Source: Candidatus Saccharimonadota bacterium
GTDB taxonomy: Bacteria > Patescibacteriota > Gracilibacteria > BD1-5 > UBA6164
DNA length: 32,000 nt
Direction: 5' to 3'
Assembly: GCA_965227835.1 (NCBI GenBank)
Contig: OZ245768.1
Span: 420,001-452,000, forward strand
The notes below the pieces were generated by a model, which saw nothing but the letters and a program-made list of their open reading frames with translations, had not been told where the DNA came from and did no database searches. The translations under genes were made by a program, and so were the position numbers. Every line of letters starts with the position of its first letter. Within the stretch, counting starts at the first letter, position 1. Shown here in pieces: positions 30,362-32,000 of this stretch.

Positions 30362-32000
30362 ATGACTAATTTGGAAAAAATATTACAAGAAAACTTTTGA
30401 CTGGAAAGTTTTAGAGAATGACAAAAAGAAATTTGTGAGAGTGTTATTTCTGGGAAAGACACTCTTGTTTTTATGCCTACTTGATGATGAAAATCTCTTA
30501 CTTATCAGCTTCCATGACTTGTACTTGATTGACTGGTTGTAGTAATCTCTCCTCTTATATCACTTATGAAAGATCAAGTTGATAGCCTTACAGAAATATG
30601 AATAAAAGCAAAACTTATAAACTCAACAATAGACTCAAATGACATATCCCTTATTTTATCTGAACTTGAAAACTCTACTTCAAATCCAATAAAATTTTTA
30701 TACATAGCTCCCGAAAGACTTAACTCACCTAAATTTTTAAATGTAATAAACAGATTAAAAGTAGCTTTGGTTGCAATAGATGAAGCTCATTGTATAAGCC
30801 AATGGGGTCATGATTTTAGACCAAGCTATATGAAAATACTTGGTTTTTTAAATAGCTTGAAAACTAAAGATAATTTCCCAACAATAGCTCTCACTGCTAC
30901 TGCTACTAAAAAAGTGAGAAATGACATAATAGAAAGACTTGATATATCATGAGCAAATATCTTTACCAAATGATTTGATAGAAAAAATATAACCATAATT
31001 GTCAGAGAAATATCAGAAAAACAAAAGAAATTTTGAAAGGTTTTAGAAATATTGGATAAAACAAAATGATCAGGGATAATTTATTGTTCTAGTAGAAAAT
31101 CAGTGGATGAGGTATATGAACTTATGCAAGATTATCGTGTAAAAGCTGGAAAATATACATGAGCTATGACCCCAGAACTTAGAGAAGAAATGCAGAATAA
31201 ATTTATGAATTGAGAATACAAAGCGATAATAGCAACTAATGCTTTTTGAATGTGAATTGATAAAAAAGATATAAGGTTTGTAATCCATTTTAATCTTCCT
31301 GGGAGTATAGAAAATTATTATCAAGAAATAGGTAGGTCTTGAAGAGATTGAGAAAATAGTTTTGCTGTAGCTTTAGCTAGTTATTGAGACACAAAAATAC
31401 AAGAGTTTTTTATAGAAAATACTTACCCTTCCAAAGAAGAAGTACTTAAATTATATGATTATTTATATAGAGATTTCAAAATATGACAGTGAACAAATCA
31501 TAGTATATCTATGACTTTACACCAGCTAGCTAGTCATAGCTGAATACAAAATGATATGAGAGTTTGAAATATTATAAAGATACTTGATAAATACAATATA
31601 CTATCTAGATGAGTTAGTGATAGTGATAGGGAAGAGGGATTTAGATGAAAATGACTTGTTTTATTGCAAGAAAAAAGAAATCATAGCCATATACTTATTG
31701 ATTGGAAAAAACAAGATTTATTGAAGGATGAAGCTTATTTTAAACTTGAACAAATAAAAAGATTACTTTTTTATCCAAGTTGTAGAAAAAGATTTATTTT
31801 AGAATATTTTTGAGATGAAGAAGACCTTCAAAGTCTTCCAGAGAATTGTGGAGCATGTGATTTTTGTATTGATAGAAAGAAATTTGAAAAATCTCCTTCA
31901 AAAGAATTAATACCTGTCTCTACATTTGTTTTAATTTTGGAAACCGTAAAAAAATATGATGAAAGGTTTTGACAGGTACTTATTAGAAAAACTCTTGAAT
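30362..32000 (+). CDS. recQ: ATP-dependent DNA helicase RecQ (C-terminus beyond right edge)
   Basis: FREGQKEI. FMPTGGGKS with three consecutive TGA at 30482-30490. [67 protein letters not shown]. Zinc-binding [12 protein letters not shown]...CGACDFC. Track ORF 30767..30952 is an in-frame fragment. Confidence 0.95.

Noticed and set aside
1-32000. Alternative recoding TGA=Trp (code 4, Mycoplasma-like)
   Set aside because: TGA aligns with glycines of P-loops, GMN, DTAG and GHSxGG, not with tryptophans. Conserved Trp positions (for example Der NKWD and CorA NW) use TGG.

Overview
AT-rich bacterial chromosomal window that only makes sense if TGA is read as glycine (genetic code 25, Gracilibacteria/Absconditabacteria-SR1 type). 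In-frame TGA codons fall on invariant glycines of P-loops and other signature motifs, so the supplied standard-code ORF track is badly fragmented and partly antisense. I re-called genes by hand with only TAA/TAG as stops. This gives about 22 CDS. They include housekeeping genes (corA, der, tsaC/yrdC, ndk, a truncated polA, recQ, a UvrD-type helicase-nuclease). There is a cell-wall cluster (FemAB-like transferase, DegT-like aminotransferase, MurF with a membrane N-terminal domain, alpha/beta hydrolase). Secreted enzymes include a transglutaminase-like protein and an S41 peptidase. A minus-strand block of large envelope proteins holds a 977-aa LysM coiled-coil protein, a 117-aa protein, a 631-aa transglutaminase-like protein with a beta-rich C-terminus, and a 1013-aa signal-peptide protein with near-identical tandem repeats. 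One intact-looking IS element has perfect 25-bp inverted repeats and an 8-bp target duplication. Intergenic regions carry two families of structured repeats, a recurrent 21-nt motif at transcript 3' ends, a tandemly duplicated small-protein cassette, and a G/C-enriched candidate ncRNA. No rRNA, tRNA or CRISPR was recognised. All translations were done by eye, so family calls need HMM/BLAST confirmation.
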